Shown here in pieces: positions 18,791 to 26,906 of a DNA stretch of 50,826 nt. Both the position numbers and the translations under genes were made by a program. The notes under the pieces are model-generated. The model was not told where the DNA came from. It did not search any database and was given only the letters and a program-made list of their open reading frames with translations. This DNA is from an uncultured bacterium. Its GTDB lineage: Bacteria > Patescibacteriota > Minisyncoccia > UBA6257 > 2-01-FULL-56-20. The stretch's first letter is position 1. Every line of letters begins with the position of its first letter. The DNA lies in contig CAWJQC010000002.1 in NCBI GenBank assembly GCA_963844965.1, forward strand, positions 1 to 50,826, written 5' to 3'.

Positions 18791-18855
18791 GTTTTTATCA
18801 TCGCACCAACGGCATTTTTTGACAATTCGCGGCGGAGTTTTATAATTCTTTGGTA

Positions 18856-20436
18856 TTAAAGGCGCGGGAGGGCTGGGGAAGGTTTTCTCCGGGGAGCCCC
18901 ATAAGCTCCTGAAGCGGGTTCAATTCCCGCCCCCGCAAATAAATGTGACCTATCTCCTGTAAACCCCCTGTTTAGCTCGAAGATGGGCGACAAAACAGCG
19001 GTTCCATACTTTCCGGTGGATTTATCAAAAATGATTCCACTCGGGAAGATTAACCTTTGGAATCGCTGTTTTTGTTCAACGTCCATGTCCTGCCACTGGC
19101 GAGCAGGGTCTCGCAGAAATTGAAAAGCGTAATCAAGGGACGCCTCGATGTTCAGTTCGTCGGTTTTGGTTTCGTTGTTCGATATTCTAATGCCTGCAAT
19201 CTGGTTTTCCAGGGATTCCTTAGTACCTAAAAACTCCTCTTTTGTTAGTTCGCCGTTTATCCGCATTTGCATAAGCCGTTCCTTTTTTGATTCCAGCAGC
19301 CGCAGTTCCTTTTCGTAGCCCTCTCCAGCGTTTTTAAGCTCGCCTTGCTGGTTTTGCCAGTTATCTATCACCACGGCCCTAAAAGCCGACAAAAACCCTT
19401 CTGTCGGCGTTACCTTGCGGAGTTTCTTAATAAATTCTTTTTCCAGCTCTTGTGCATCAATGCCCTGGTTTTTATGCTGGCAGCCTTCGTTATGGCACTC
19501 GTAATAGGCGTATTTCTTGTTTCTGCCGGTGTGCCAACTGCCGGTGAGTTTCCTACTACAAGGACACAGAACAAAGCGCCGCAAAGGAAAGTCGGGGTTT
19601 AATCGGAGGCGGGGGATATTCTTGATCCGCGAATAGTGGCTTTTTAGATATTGAATTTGCTCGTATTCCTCCGTGGCAATCATTGGCTGATGCAATCCCC
19701 TATATTCTTTACCCGTCCACGGATCAACCAAAATTCCGGCATAATACTTGTCCTTAAGTATTCTCTCGAAAAGTTGTTTAAACATCGGCTTGCCGGTCCT
19801 TGTTCTAAATCCCCACTGGTTCATTAGCTTGACTACTTCTTGCATCGAGCGGCCACCCTGTAAATAGGTTTTTAAGCCACGCTGGACGAGATCAAACCTT
19901 TCGGGGTCCGGCTCGTCCGGCCTTGTTTTCCTCCTGTCGCTTATTTTTTTGGCATGAATGTATCCGATGGGCGGTTGCCACGGCCAAATCCCCTCCATGA
20001 TTTTCCTTTGTAGACCGCCCTCGCAGCGCTGTTTTCTGATGTCATTCTCGAATTGAGCGTAACCGGCCAAAACCGCCTCGGTCATCTTGCCGATTGGATT
20101 GTCGCCAATTGGTTCGGTCACTGAGTGTAAGATTGTGCCGTATTTTACGAGCTGGGCTTGTAAGCCGTAATGGTCGGTTGTATTCCTTGCGAACCTATCT
20201 ATTTTCCAAACGATAAACGCTCCAATTTCTCCCTTATGTTCTCGGCAGTATTCCAGTGCTTTAATTAGTTCCGTTCTGTTAGCTGCCGTGGCCGATTCGC
20301 CCTTCTCAATAAAAATTTCGGTTATTTTGATACCTTTTTTTCCGGCGTATTCCAAGCAGGCCTGTTTTTGGTTATCCAGGCTTGTGCCGGAAACCTGCTC
20401 TTGACTTGATACGCGGCAATAAATGATTCCTTTCAT
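18856..20436 (-). CDS. Large serine recombinase (resolvase/invertase N-domain + recombinase domain + Zn ribbon)
   Basis: MKGIIYCRVSSQEQ catalytic-Ser region, FARNTTDHYGL, C-terminal CPCSRKL...YYECHNEGCQ zinc ribbon. Confidence 0.85.
   Translation of the reverse strand: MKGIIYCRVSSQEQVSGTSLDNQKQACLEYAGKKGIKITEIFIEKGESATAANRTELIKALEYCREHKGEIGAFIVWKIDRFARNTTDHYGLQAQLVKYGTILHSVTEPIGDNPIGKMTEAVLAGYAQFENDIRKQRCEGGLQRKIMEGIWPWQPPIGYIHAKKISDRRKTRPDEPDPERFDLVQRGLKTYLQGGRSMQEVVKLMNQWGFRTRTGKPMFKQLFERILKDKYYAGILVDPWTGKEYRGLHQPMIATEEYEQIQYLKSHYSRIKNIPRLRLNPDFPLRRFVLCPCSRKLTGSWHTGRNKKYAYYECHNEGCQHKNQGIDAQELEKEFIKKLRKVTPTEGFLSAFRAVVIDNWQNQQGELKNAGEGYEKELRLLESKKERLMQMRINGELTKEEFLGTKESLENQIAGIRISNNETKTDELNIEASLDYAFQFLRDPARQWQDMDVEQKQRFQRLIFPSGIIFDKSTGKYGTAVLSPIFELNRGFTGDRSHLFAGAGIEPASGAYGAPRRKPSPALPRL
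18873..18918 (+). other. tRNA-like 3' fragment (anticodon arm with CAT, 4-nt variable loop, T-arm, acceptor 3' strand). Probable attachment-site core.
   Basis: GGAGC-CCCATAA-GCTCC, TGAA, GCGGG-TTCAATT-CCCGC, CCCCGCA-A. No matching 5' acceptor strand or D-arm upstream. Confidence 0.4.
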
Positions 20437-20605
20437 GGTTTAAAAACTTAAAGGGACGGTCTGTATTGCCCAATCCACTTGCTCCGAAGAGTAGCCGTAT
20501 CGGCAGACCGCCCCTTTAAAAGGCGATACGACAATAAAAAACTCCTCGGATTTCCTTATGAATTGGGCAACGCTTTGATTATAACACATTTGAATATGTA
20601 TGCAA

Positions 20606-21430
20606 TTAGGAATTTTGTAATAAGATTTGTTTTACGATGCCCTGAAAATAGGCACGCTTATTTCTTATTCCTTTGTTTCTTAAATCCTCCCGAACAATAC
20701 CCCAGGCCTCTTCGATGACCCCAATCCCATGTTTCCGTAGAACGGCAAGAATGGGATTAATATGTTTTTCGCCCAGTTCGTTGGCTATATCCCGACATCG
20801 TTGTTCGTTTGAATTACCAGGATTAAAGGCTACTACCGTAGTTAATCGTTCTTCCTTCAAAGGCATTTTGCTACGATTAACGTATTTATAATTTTCTTTA
20901 TCAATATCAGTATCGTTATTAGCACCTCTGACCGGCGCATCAAAGCAATCTAAAGAAAAATGTTTTAAAATCGTCTCTTTTTGCTCTTCCAACGTCTGAC
21001 TGGGTGGGTTCAAGTTCTGCTTATCTTCTGACTGGGTACGCGCCTCCCCTGCGTCCTCACCTCTTACCCCGCCTCGTCCAAAGAAAACATCCAGTGTCTT
21101 TATTGTCCCGTCGGGACGCACCCAATAGTCCAAATGAACCTCAAACGAACCTCTGCGTCCCCTCCGCTCCTCGTAATAGATATACCTCTTACTCTTCAGT
21201 GATAAGACAACCCCATTTAAATAATTTATGCTTGGGCGCTTTGTGCCCTTATACAAATCGTTTCTAATATCTTCAAGGCTTATATCGGCACTTCCGTAAG
21301 GATTCCCGTATTGCCGGATATACATAAAGACCTTCCACTCATCTGGCGTTAATTTGCCCGACCGTAGATCTCGCCCTATTCGGCGCGGTGTTATGTAAAA
21401 ATCTTTTAATCCCTTTTTGTCCATTGCCAT
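20606..21430 (-). CDS. Replication-initiator-like protein (N-terminal wHTH, DnaD-like C-terminal region)
   Basis: LTPDEWKVFMYIRQYGNPYGSADISLEDI (wHTH-like) and INPILAVLRKHGIGVIEEAWGI...RAYFQGIVKQIL (DnaD-domain-like). Assignment by resemblance only. Confidence 0.4.
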   Translation of the reverse strand: MAMDKKGLKDFYITPRRIGRDLRSGKLTPDEWKVFMYIRQYGNPYGSADISLEDIRNDLYKGTKRPSINYLNGVVLSLKSKRYIYYEERRGRRGSFEVHLDYWVRPDGTIKTLDVFFGRGGVRGEDAGEARTQSEDKQNLNPPSQTLEEQKETILKHFSLDCFDAPVRGANNDTDIDKENYKYVNRSKMPLKEERLTTVVAFNPGNSNEQRCRDIANELGEKHINPILAVLRKHGIGVIEEAWGIVREDLRNKGIRNKRAYFQGIVKQILLQNS

Positions 21431-21507
21431 CTGCCGTTCCTGGCATCGGCCTTGGGTGAGCAGATGGCCTACTTACACCCAAAGCCAATGCCAAAAACCA
21501 AGTTATT

Positions 21508-21681
21508 TTAGGTTTGTAATGTTTTATAATTTTTCGCCTCTTTGCATTTGTGCTCCTTGCGATACTTCTCAAAAATGATGTCGGCAAGTTCATAGAGATC
21601 GTCTCTAATACGCCCCACCTCCTCATCGGAAAGGTTGGCTAAATTAAGGTCAATTTTTCTTAATTGTTCTATGGTAAGCAT
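21508..21681 (-). CDS. Small hypothetical protein (57 aa)
   Basis: MLTIEQLRKIDLNLANLSDEEVGRIRDDLYELADIIFEKYRKEHK. No motif recognised. Confidence 0.3.
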   Translation of the reverse strand: MLTIEQLRKIDLNLANLSDEEVGRIRDDLYELADIIFEKYRKEHKCKEAKNYKTLQT

Positions 21682-21996
21682 TGCCCCTTTTGGGGCTGCT
21701 CCCCTTAAACAAAAAGAAAACAACCCCTATTTGGTTGTTTCCCGCTTGCGAGACGGTGGGTACTACTTTGTTGAGCTTTCCAGCCCAAGTTGAGCCTCTC
21801 GGCCCAAAACCCATTGGCTTAATCATTCCGAGCCTCCGCCAGTATTTAGTTATATAGTAATTATACCATACTTTGGATTAAAAAAGCAAGGGCGGTGTAT
21901 ATTTGAAAAATCTTCAAGATAGGGGGTAGAATGTAAGTACAACTCAATATCAGCGGCCTAAACCATTTGACAACGGGTGGCATGGCACAAAAATCC

Positions 21997-22095
21997 TCCT
22001 TCCAGATACCAAACACCACGTTTGGCCTACTTCTGGAAGGAGGTCGCCCCGAAAGGGTGCGGGTGCCGCAAGGCATCGGGTCGGCGTGGTGTTTT
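21997..22095 (+). promoter_or_regulatory. Candidate structured 5' leader / riboswitch-like element ending in a terminator-like hairpin
   Basis: Nested hairpin CTTCCAGA-T-ACCAAAC-ACCAC-GTTTGG-CCTAC-TTCTGGAAG (21997-22038). Long-range pairing AACACCACG (22009-22017) with CGTGGTGTT followed by TTTGTG (22083-22095). Candidate promoter TTGAAA-N18-TAGAAT at ~21905-21935. Confidence 0.3.
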
Positions 22096-22097
22096 GT

Positions 22098-22306
22098 GTT
22101 ATATCGTGAAAACCTTTTTAAAAATAAATAAATCTTTGCTGATTATTCTTAGCTGCCTCGGTGCGGTCTGCTTCCTCGTGGGTTGGTGGCGAGAAGATTC
22201 AGTTTTATCCGGAGTCATTTTTGCCATTATATATTTCTTCGGAATGTCTGTACTCGGTATTCTTACAGGCGGTATATCTCTTAATAAACACATTGTAGAT
22301 GATTAA
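22098..22306 (+). CDS. Small hydrophobic membrane protein (~69 aa, GTG start assumed)
   Basis: VKTFLKINKSLLIILSCLGAVCFLVGWW...VIFAIIYFFGMSVLGILTGGISL: two TM helices. Confidence 0.3.
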
Positions 22307-22338
22307 AAGGTCGAGCCGATCTTAATTAAGATAAAACT

Positions 22339-22515
22339 ATGAAAAAATATTTACTGATAATTGCATTGGCAGTAATTTTGCTTGGTAGTTTTGGGTTTGC
22401 TCAAGCTCGTGGTCGTTACGGCAGTTTCCGAGTTGGGGGTTACACGAGTCACGGCAAGGGCAGCCACTACGTAGGAGGTTATGTAAGGTCGTGCCATTTC
22501 CCATTCTGTTGGTAG
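22339..22515 (+). CDS. Small secreted Gly/Tyr/Cys-containing peptide (58 aa)
   Basis: MKKYLLIIALAVILLGSFGFAQA signal peptide, then RGRYGSFRVGGYTSHGKGSHYVGGYVRSCHFPFCW. Below the ORF-track size cut-off; read directly from sequence. Confidence 0.4.
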   Translation: MKKYLLIIALAVILLGSFGFAQARGRYGSFRVGGYTSHGKGSHYVGGYVRSCHFPFCW

Positions 22516-22519
22516 AATT

Positions 22520-22825
22520 ATGAATTTATTAAAACGAAATTGGAAAAATATAGCGATTTGGACGGTTGTTTTAGCTGTGGTTTTTGGGATTTATTCCTAC
22601 TATCACTGGTATGTTCCTTATTGGGATTTGAAACACGGGTTCGTGATGGTTAGTGGGTTCGATTGTCCGAGCGATCATCCGATTAAGGCTCACTTGGGAA
22701 GCATGATTTACCACCTACCAGGCGACCCTTACTATGCCAGAACCAGCGCATCAAACGGGGAATGTTTCGATACGGCCGACCACGCGGTTATGCAGGGATT
22801 TAGAGCACCATTTAATTATCGATAA
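22520..22825 (+). CDS. TM-anchored small Cys-containing domain protein
   Basis: TM helix IAIWTVVLAVVFGIYSYY, then DCPSDHPIKAHLGSMIYHLPGDPYYARTSASNGECFDT. Confidence 0.45.
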   Translation: MNLLKRNWKNIAIWTVVLAVVFGIYSYYHWYVPYWDLKHGFVMVSGFDCPSDHPIKAHLGSMIYHLPGDPYYARTSASNGECFDTADHAVMQGFRAPFNYR

Positions 22826-22841
22826 TACTTTAATAAATATA

Positions 22842-23819
22842 ATGAAAAGGGGGTTTGTTGCTATCGCCCTCATAATCTTTGGCTTGACGAGCTTTAGTGT
22901 TGCGGGAGCAATCTCCGGCGCTTGTTCTTCACATGGCGGGGTAAATTGTGATGCTGGCCCGGACGCATTTGGCTATGCTCAGTGCAACGATGAATGGACG
23001 AGCTCGGTAAGTTTTTATTCAGTGGACGAGTGTAATTCCAGCCCGACCATTAACTGCGCCCCACCTATCGCCATAGGATGTGTGGAACAGGGCTCGCTTC
23101 AGGCATATCAAAACAGCTATGCTCAATGGCAACAAAGTTGTCAGCAGGCCGCCATGCGAAGCGGCAATTCCCCAAATTGTACTGACCCTGCTTCAGAACA
23201 ACGTATTGCGACTTGTCAGCAAGAAATTCAATCATGGCAAATGCAACAACAAGCATATAATACCTGCGTCCGAAATGCCGAGGACATGCTCCTCAAGGTG
23301 GATTCTCAAAAACAACAGCTTGAATCAGAGCAACAAAATCAAGAGTTACAAAATGTAGCAAATGAAACTAAGTTGGTTCACGACGAAATGGTGAAGGCGC
23401 AGAATGACTTAGCGTGTCTTAAAAAGTACTCCGATTCTCATTCAGACCCATCAAATCCTGGTCAGTGTTTGTGCGACGACGGCTATCAATTCGCCACCAG
23501 CGTTTTCGACCAATCTAAAACAATCTGCATTTTGAGTCACGCTTTTTCTATTTTTTATAATCAAAATCTGAATGAGGTGGCTACCTCAAGTCCGGCCAAG
23601 ATACAAAAAATCAAGAACCCATTTTCGCAAAAACAAAAGTCGAGGCTGGACACAATTTGGGGCGCCACTTCGTCATCTGCAACGACCTCTTTGAACTCCA
23701 CCTCAGCTTCTGCTCTGGCAACAACCTCATCTCGGCCCGAAGTCAATAAATCAGGACAACTTCCGCCTAACGATGTTTGGTGGAAAAAGATTTTGAGATG
23801 GTTCGGATTGATGAGATAA
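22842..23819 (+). CDS. Secreted Cys-rich, Gln-rich coiled-coil protein
   Basis: Signal peptide MKRGFVAIALIIFGLTSFSVAGA. At least 14 Cys in the N-terminal half. QQ-rich heptad region. Confidence 0.5.
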   Translation: MKRGFVAIALIIFGLTSFSVAGAISGACSSHGGVNCDAGPDAFGYAQCNDEWTSSVSFYSVDECNSSPTINCAPPIAIGCVEQGSLQAYQNSYAQWQQSCQQAAMRSGNSPNCTDPASEQRIATCQQEIQSWQMQQQAYNTCVRNAEDMLLKVDSQKQQLESEQQNQELQNVANETKLVHDEMVKAQNDLACLKKYSDSHSDPSNPGQCLCDDGYQFATSVFDQSKTICILSHAFSIFYNQNLNEVATSSPAKIQKIKNPFSQKQKSRLDTIWGATSSSATTSLNSTSASALATTSSRPEVNKSGQLPPNDVWWKKILRWFGLMR

Positions 23820-23828
23820 AGCCGAAAT

Positions 23829-24206
23829 TTACTTTTGATGGTTTTTTTCTCTAATCTTTCTCGCCATCCTTATGGCTTCTAAGAAAGTGAGGGATGGGTC
23901 GCTGTTTATGTTTAATTTCTCCGGCGGTTTAAATCCGGCTCTATCAAGTATGTCCCGCGAAGCATGAAGCCTCACGTTCTCGTTTTTTGCCTCCTGCGAT
24001 AACTTATAAACCATAGACGCGGCATCCTCCGCCTTCTCGTCTAAATACGCCCTAATCGCAGGTTTTCGTAGGTTCTCTGCCCCTATAGAGTGCGCCGTGT
24101 TGCGATTCTTGGGCTTATAGGCGCGACTGGCGGCTTCCGTGGCGTTTCCCGTCCCAAGATACTCATTAGCGAATTTTTGTTGCCTGAGCGTCATGTTATT
24201 TTTCAT
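23829..24206 (-). CDS. Phage terminase small-subunit-like protein (Terminase_2-type N-terminus)
   Basis: MTLRQQKFANEYLGTGNATEAASRAYKPKNRNTAHSIGAENLRKPAIRAYLDEK matches the TerS consensus LT.KQ..F..EYL...NAT.AA..AGYS.K.A...GS.LL..P.V..YI. Confidence 0.65.
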   Translation of the reverse strand: MKNNMTLRQQKFANEYLGTGNATEAASRAYKPKNRNTAHSIGAENLRKPAIRAYLDEKAEDAASMVYKLSQEAKNENVRLHASRDILDRAGFKPPEKLNINSDPSLTFLEAIRMARKIREKNHQK

Positions 24207-24299
24207 ATCACGATAAGACTATCTATGCCGGTGCGCAGGATACGACTGCCTGTTGTAATGCTTTCCACCCCTGCAATTCCCTCACAATTTGTTTCCAAT

Positions 24300-24780
24300 T
24301 GCGTAACACTTCCGCAAATGGCCCCAACTTTCTGTTTTTGAGAACCGGCGTCGTGAATGCTCCGGCGGCATTCGTGCGCCTGCATCTCGGCGGCAAAACT
24401 TTTGCTTTGCAAAAGACCAAGCTTTCGCCGCCTCCGATAGCTTCTCAAAAACAGAAAGTTTCCGCTGTAGGTTTTATTGTGTTTTGCCCTTGGCAAAACA
24501 GCAATTTAATTGAGGCGGGAATTGGACACGAAAGGGGGTCGGGGAAAAGTGCCAGGGTTTCCCCGTCGAGGTGACCGAGCGGAGCGAGCGAGTAGTGAAG
24601 TCTCCCGCCCCCGCAAATGGCTCCAGTTTTCGTTTCGCGAGGGTCGCGTCGTTTTCTGCTGAAAACGCGCTGCATCTCGTCGCCTTCGCTCCTGCGATAC
24701 ACCCTTGCGAAACGAAAACTTCCGCTGTGGTAGTAAGGTGTTTCGCTCGCGCGAAACGGCTTTATTATGGGCAGCCCCGG
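24300..24780. repeat. Non-coding region made of two diverged tandem ~290-bp units. Contains the right-hand att repeat and a copy of the GGGTCGGGGAAA..GTTTCCCC element family.
   Basis: Paired segments GCAAATGGCCCCAACTTTCTGTTTTTGAG (24309) / GCAAATGGCTCCAGTTTTCGTTTCGCGAG (24611), CGCCTGCATCTCGGCGGC / CGCGCTGCATCTCGTCGCC, GAAAGTTTCCGCTGTAGG / GAAAACTTCCGCTGTGGTAG. Confidence 0.4.
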
Positions 24781-24800
24781 TTTTTTGATAGAATAAACAC

Positions 24801-25512
24801 ATGACGAGAGAACAAGTTTTAGAGTTATTGAAACAAAATCTTTCTAACCGGAATCTGGTCAAACATTGTCTCGCGGTGGAGGCCGTGATGAGAGACCTTG
24901 GCCCGCCGTTTTGGGGAGGACGAAGAAAAGTGGGGGATGGCAGGGATATTGCACGACATTGATTACGAAAAAACGAAAGACAACCCAAGCCAGCATTCTT
25001 TGGTCGGAGCCCAGATGCTTGAAGATGCGGGGTTAGACAAGGAAATTTGCCAGGCGATAAGGGCTCATAACGCGACGCACGGAATTCCCTTGAATACGCC
25101 GATGGACAAGGCCTTATTCGTCGCAGATCCCATAACTGGTTTGATAGTGGCCGCCACTTTGGTCTTGCCCTCAAGAAGGATAGCTGATTTGACCGCCGAA
25201 AATGTTCTGAATCGTTTCCATGAGAAATCTTTTGCGAAAGGAGCGAACAGGGAAATAATCAAGCGATGCGAGGAACTTCTGGATATTAAGCTGGAAGAAT
25301 TCGCCGATATCAGCGTCAAGGCGATGCAGCGGTATCGGCGGCGAACTGGGACTTTGATTTCCATTAAAATTCTGATATTGCCGAGCCGAAAGCCGCAGCA
25401 AAGTTTCGGTGGTTTGTTTCGGTTGTATAGCGCTTCTGTTGCAAAAGAAAAGTCCGCCACAAGTGGCGGACAGAGTGGCGGACAGAGAGGCGAATCGCTT
25501 TTCGTTAAGTAA
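24801..25512 (+). CDS. HD-domain phosphohydrolase (HDIG-type) with an apparent 1-nt frameshift near 24893
   Basis: Frame 1: MTREQVLELLKQNLSNRNLVKHCLAVEAVMRDL. Frame 3: ARRFGEDEEKWGMAGILHDIDYEKT...: HD motif split across frames. Confidence 0.65.
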
Positions 25513-25516
25513 AATT

Positions 25517-25753
25517 CTATTGGCTGAAATGGGCTGTCGGAAGCGGAGGTTCGGTTTTCGTTGAATCTTTTACCACTTCCCTTGCTTTCGCCGCTATTCT
25601 CGCAAGGTCATCAGGACTTACGCGAACGAAACCTCTTATAAAACAGTCGCCCGTGTAAAATCCATCTTTTCCTATGCGGCCGAAGTCCGTCTCGGTCCTG
25701 TCTACTACGATGACTTTATATTCGCCCCCTCCGGTGAGTTCGAATCTGACCAT
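25517..25753 (-). CDS. Small hypothetical protein (78 aa)
   Basis: ORF only. No motif. Confidence 0.3.
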   Translation of the reverse strand: MVRFELTGGGEYKVIVVDRTETDFGRIGKDGFYTGDCFIRGFVRVSPDDLARIAAKAREVVKDSTKTEPPLPTAHFSQ

Positions 25754-25904
25754 AAGCGCCTCCTCGGATAAATAAACAACCGTTAGAGATGATACTGCCC
25801 GGAGAACGACTTGTCAAATCTCCGCGCTGATAAAATAGCCGGGGGGTTGTTTACAAACAAAACCACGACTGTTAGAATACGAATTAGTTTTTTACTTCGC
25901 ATTC

Positions 25905-26522
25905 TTGGAAGGAGGCGGTATGCTCACGCCCACGCAATTTTTTGGGGCCGACTTATTCTCACGGCTTTGCAGAAAAAAATGGTCAACACGAAGTCGCCTA
26001 ATGTTTGATCTCGGCGCCGTCTTGCCGGATCTGCCGATGATACTCGCCGGTTTTTATGAACTGCTTAAATACTGTGCCCTGCACCCGCGAGTTTTGAGTT
26101 TTCATTTAATAGGACACCGCGCTTTTTATCTGCTCGTGAAGAATGAGCACCCGCCGCTCTTTAACGCCTTGTCAACTGGAATCGGGTACCATCAGGTCGC
26201 GTGGTTCGTGACGCAAGCTCTTCACACCTATTTTTTCTGGATTATGTTTTATCTGTTCTGCCGAATGCTCTTACCGGAGTTCAAGAACCTGGCGTTGCTC
26301 GTCGCCGGCGCCGTATTTTTCCATGTGACGGTTGACATGTTCACGCATTCCTCGGCCATCTACGCATACTTTTGGCCACTTGTTACTCGCCGCATCCCCG
26401 GGTTTGTTTCGCCGGCCACGCCCTGGTTTTTGAAATTGGAGTTCGCGATTTGTGCGATATGGATATTTACGGAGCTCGTCACGGCGTATCGCCACTTCAA
26501 ACGGAGAAACACCGGAACATAA
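25905..26522 (+). CDS. DUF457-like membrane-bound metal-dependent hydrolase family protein (paralog at 33376-33960)
   Basis: Polytopic membrane ORF with conserved His residues (HLIGH, HVTVDMFTH). Start uncertain (25905, 25920 or 26001). Confidence 0.45.
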   Translation: MEGGGMLTPTQFFGADLFSRLCRKKWSTRSRLMFDLGAVLPDLPMILAGFYELLKYCALHPRVLSFHLIGHRAFYLLVKNEHPPLFNALSTGIGYHQVAWFVTQALHTYFFWIMFYLFCRMLLPEFKNLALLVAGAVFFHVTVDMFTHSSAIYAYFWPLVTRRIPGFVSPATPWFLKLEFAICAIWIFTELVTAYRHFKRRNTGT

Positions 26523-26719
26523 AAAGCGACCCCAAAGCCCTGGGGCCGCTATTTATTTGATTGGAAAAATATTTTAGGCGCTCTATCTCTCTTGGGACCA
26601 TGATTGTGTAAAGCGAGATTTTGTGGTAAAAATTATTTAAGCCGGCGTAGCTCCCCGAGGCAAAACCTTCGGTTTGCAACGGGGCAGGCAGGGCAAGCGT
26701 TTCACCCGCCCAAATTTCT

Positions 26720-26906
26720 GGCTGGATAGCTCAGCGGTAGAGCAGACGTTTTTCACCCGCCCACCTTTTATGCCAGGGTAGCTCAGCGGCAGAGCAGACG
26801 TTTCATAAGCGTCGGGTCGTGGGTTCGACTCCCACCCCTGGCACTAAGCAAAAAGGTGGGCGGGCAAGTAAGCGTCGGGTCGTGGGTTCGACTCCCACTC
26901 CAGCCA
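26720..26906 (+). tRNA. Split/interrupted tRNA gene: exon 1 is 26720-26755, exon 2 is 26871-26906, and a 115-nt intervening sequence contains a whole second tRNA
   Basis: GGCTGGA-TA-GCTC-AGCGGTA-GAGC-A-GACGT-TTTTCA ... A-GCGTC-GGGTC-GTGGG-TTCGACT-CCCAC-TCCAGCC-A. Acceptor and anticodon stems pair perfectly across the interruption. Confidence 0.5.
26772..26843 (+). tRNA. tRNA with anticodon CAT (elongator Met or Ile2-lysidine type; G1-C72 paired, so not initiator-like)
   Basis: GCCAGGG-TA-GCTC-AGCGGCA-GAGC-A-GACGT-TTCATAA-GCGTC-GGGTC-GTGGG-TTCGACT-CCCAC-CCCTGGC-A: canonical cloverleaf, no encoded CCA. Confidence 0.85.

Larger units (their letters stand above)
18841..24620. mobile_element. ~5.8-kb integrated element (satellite / PICI-like or prophage remnant) bounded by a 16-bp direct repeat TCCCGCCCCCGCAAAT
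   Basis: Direct repeat at 18905-18920 and 24603-24618. Left copy is part of a tRNA-like 3' fragment. Cargo: large serine recombinase, replication-initiator-like wHTH protein, TerS-like protein, and small secreted/TM proteins. Confidence 0.5.

Noticed and set aside
18841-18920. Tried to fold 18841-18920 as a complete tRNA or a tmRNA 3' end
   Set aside because: No acceptor 5' strand complementary to CCCCGCA and no D-arm can be found upstream. Only the anticodon arm, T-arm and 3' strand are tRNA-like. It is kept as a partial tRNA-like att fragment rather than a tRNA gene.
24506-25174. 222-aa minus-strand ORF overlapping the HD-domain gene and the non-coding repeat region
   Set aside because: Arg-rich with no motif. 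It overlaps a recognisable HD gene on the other strand.
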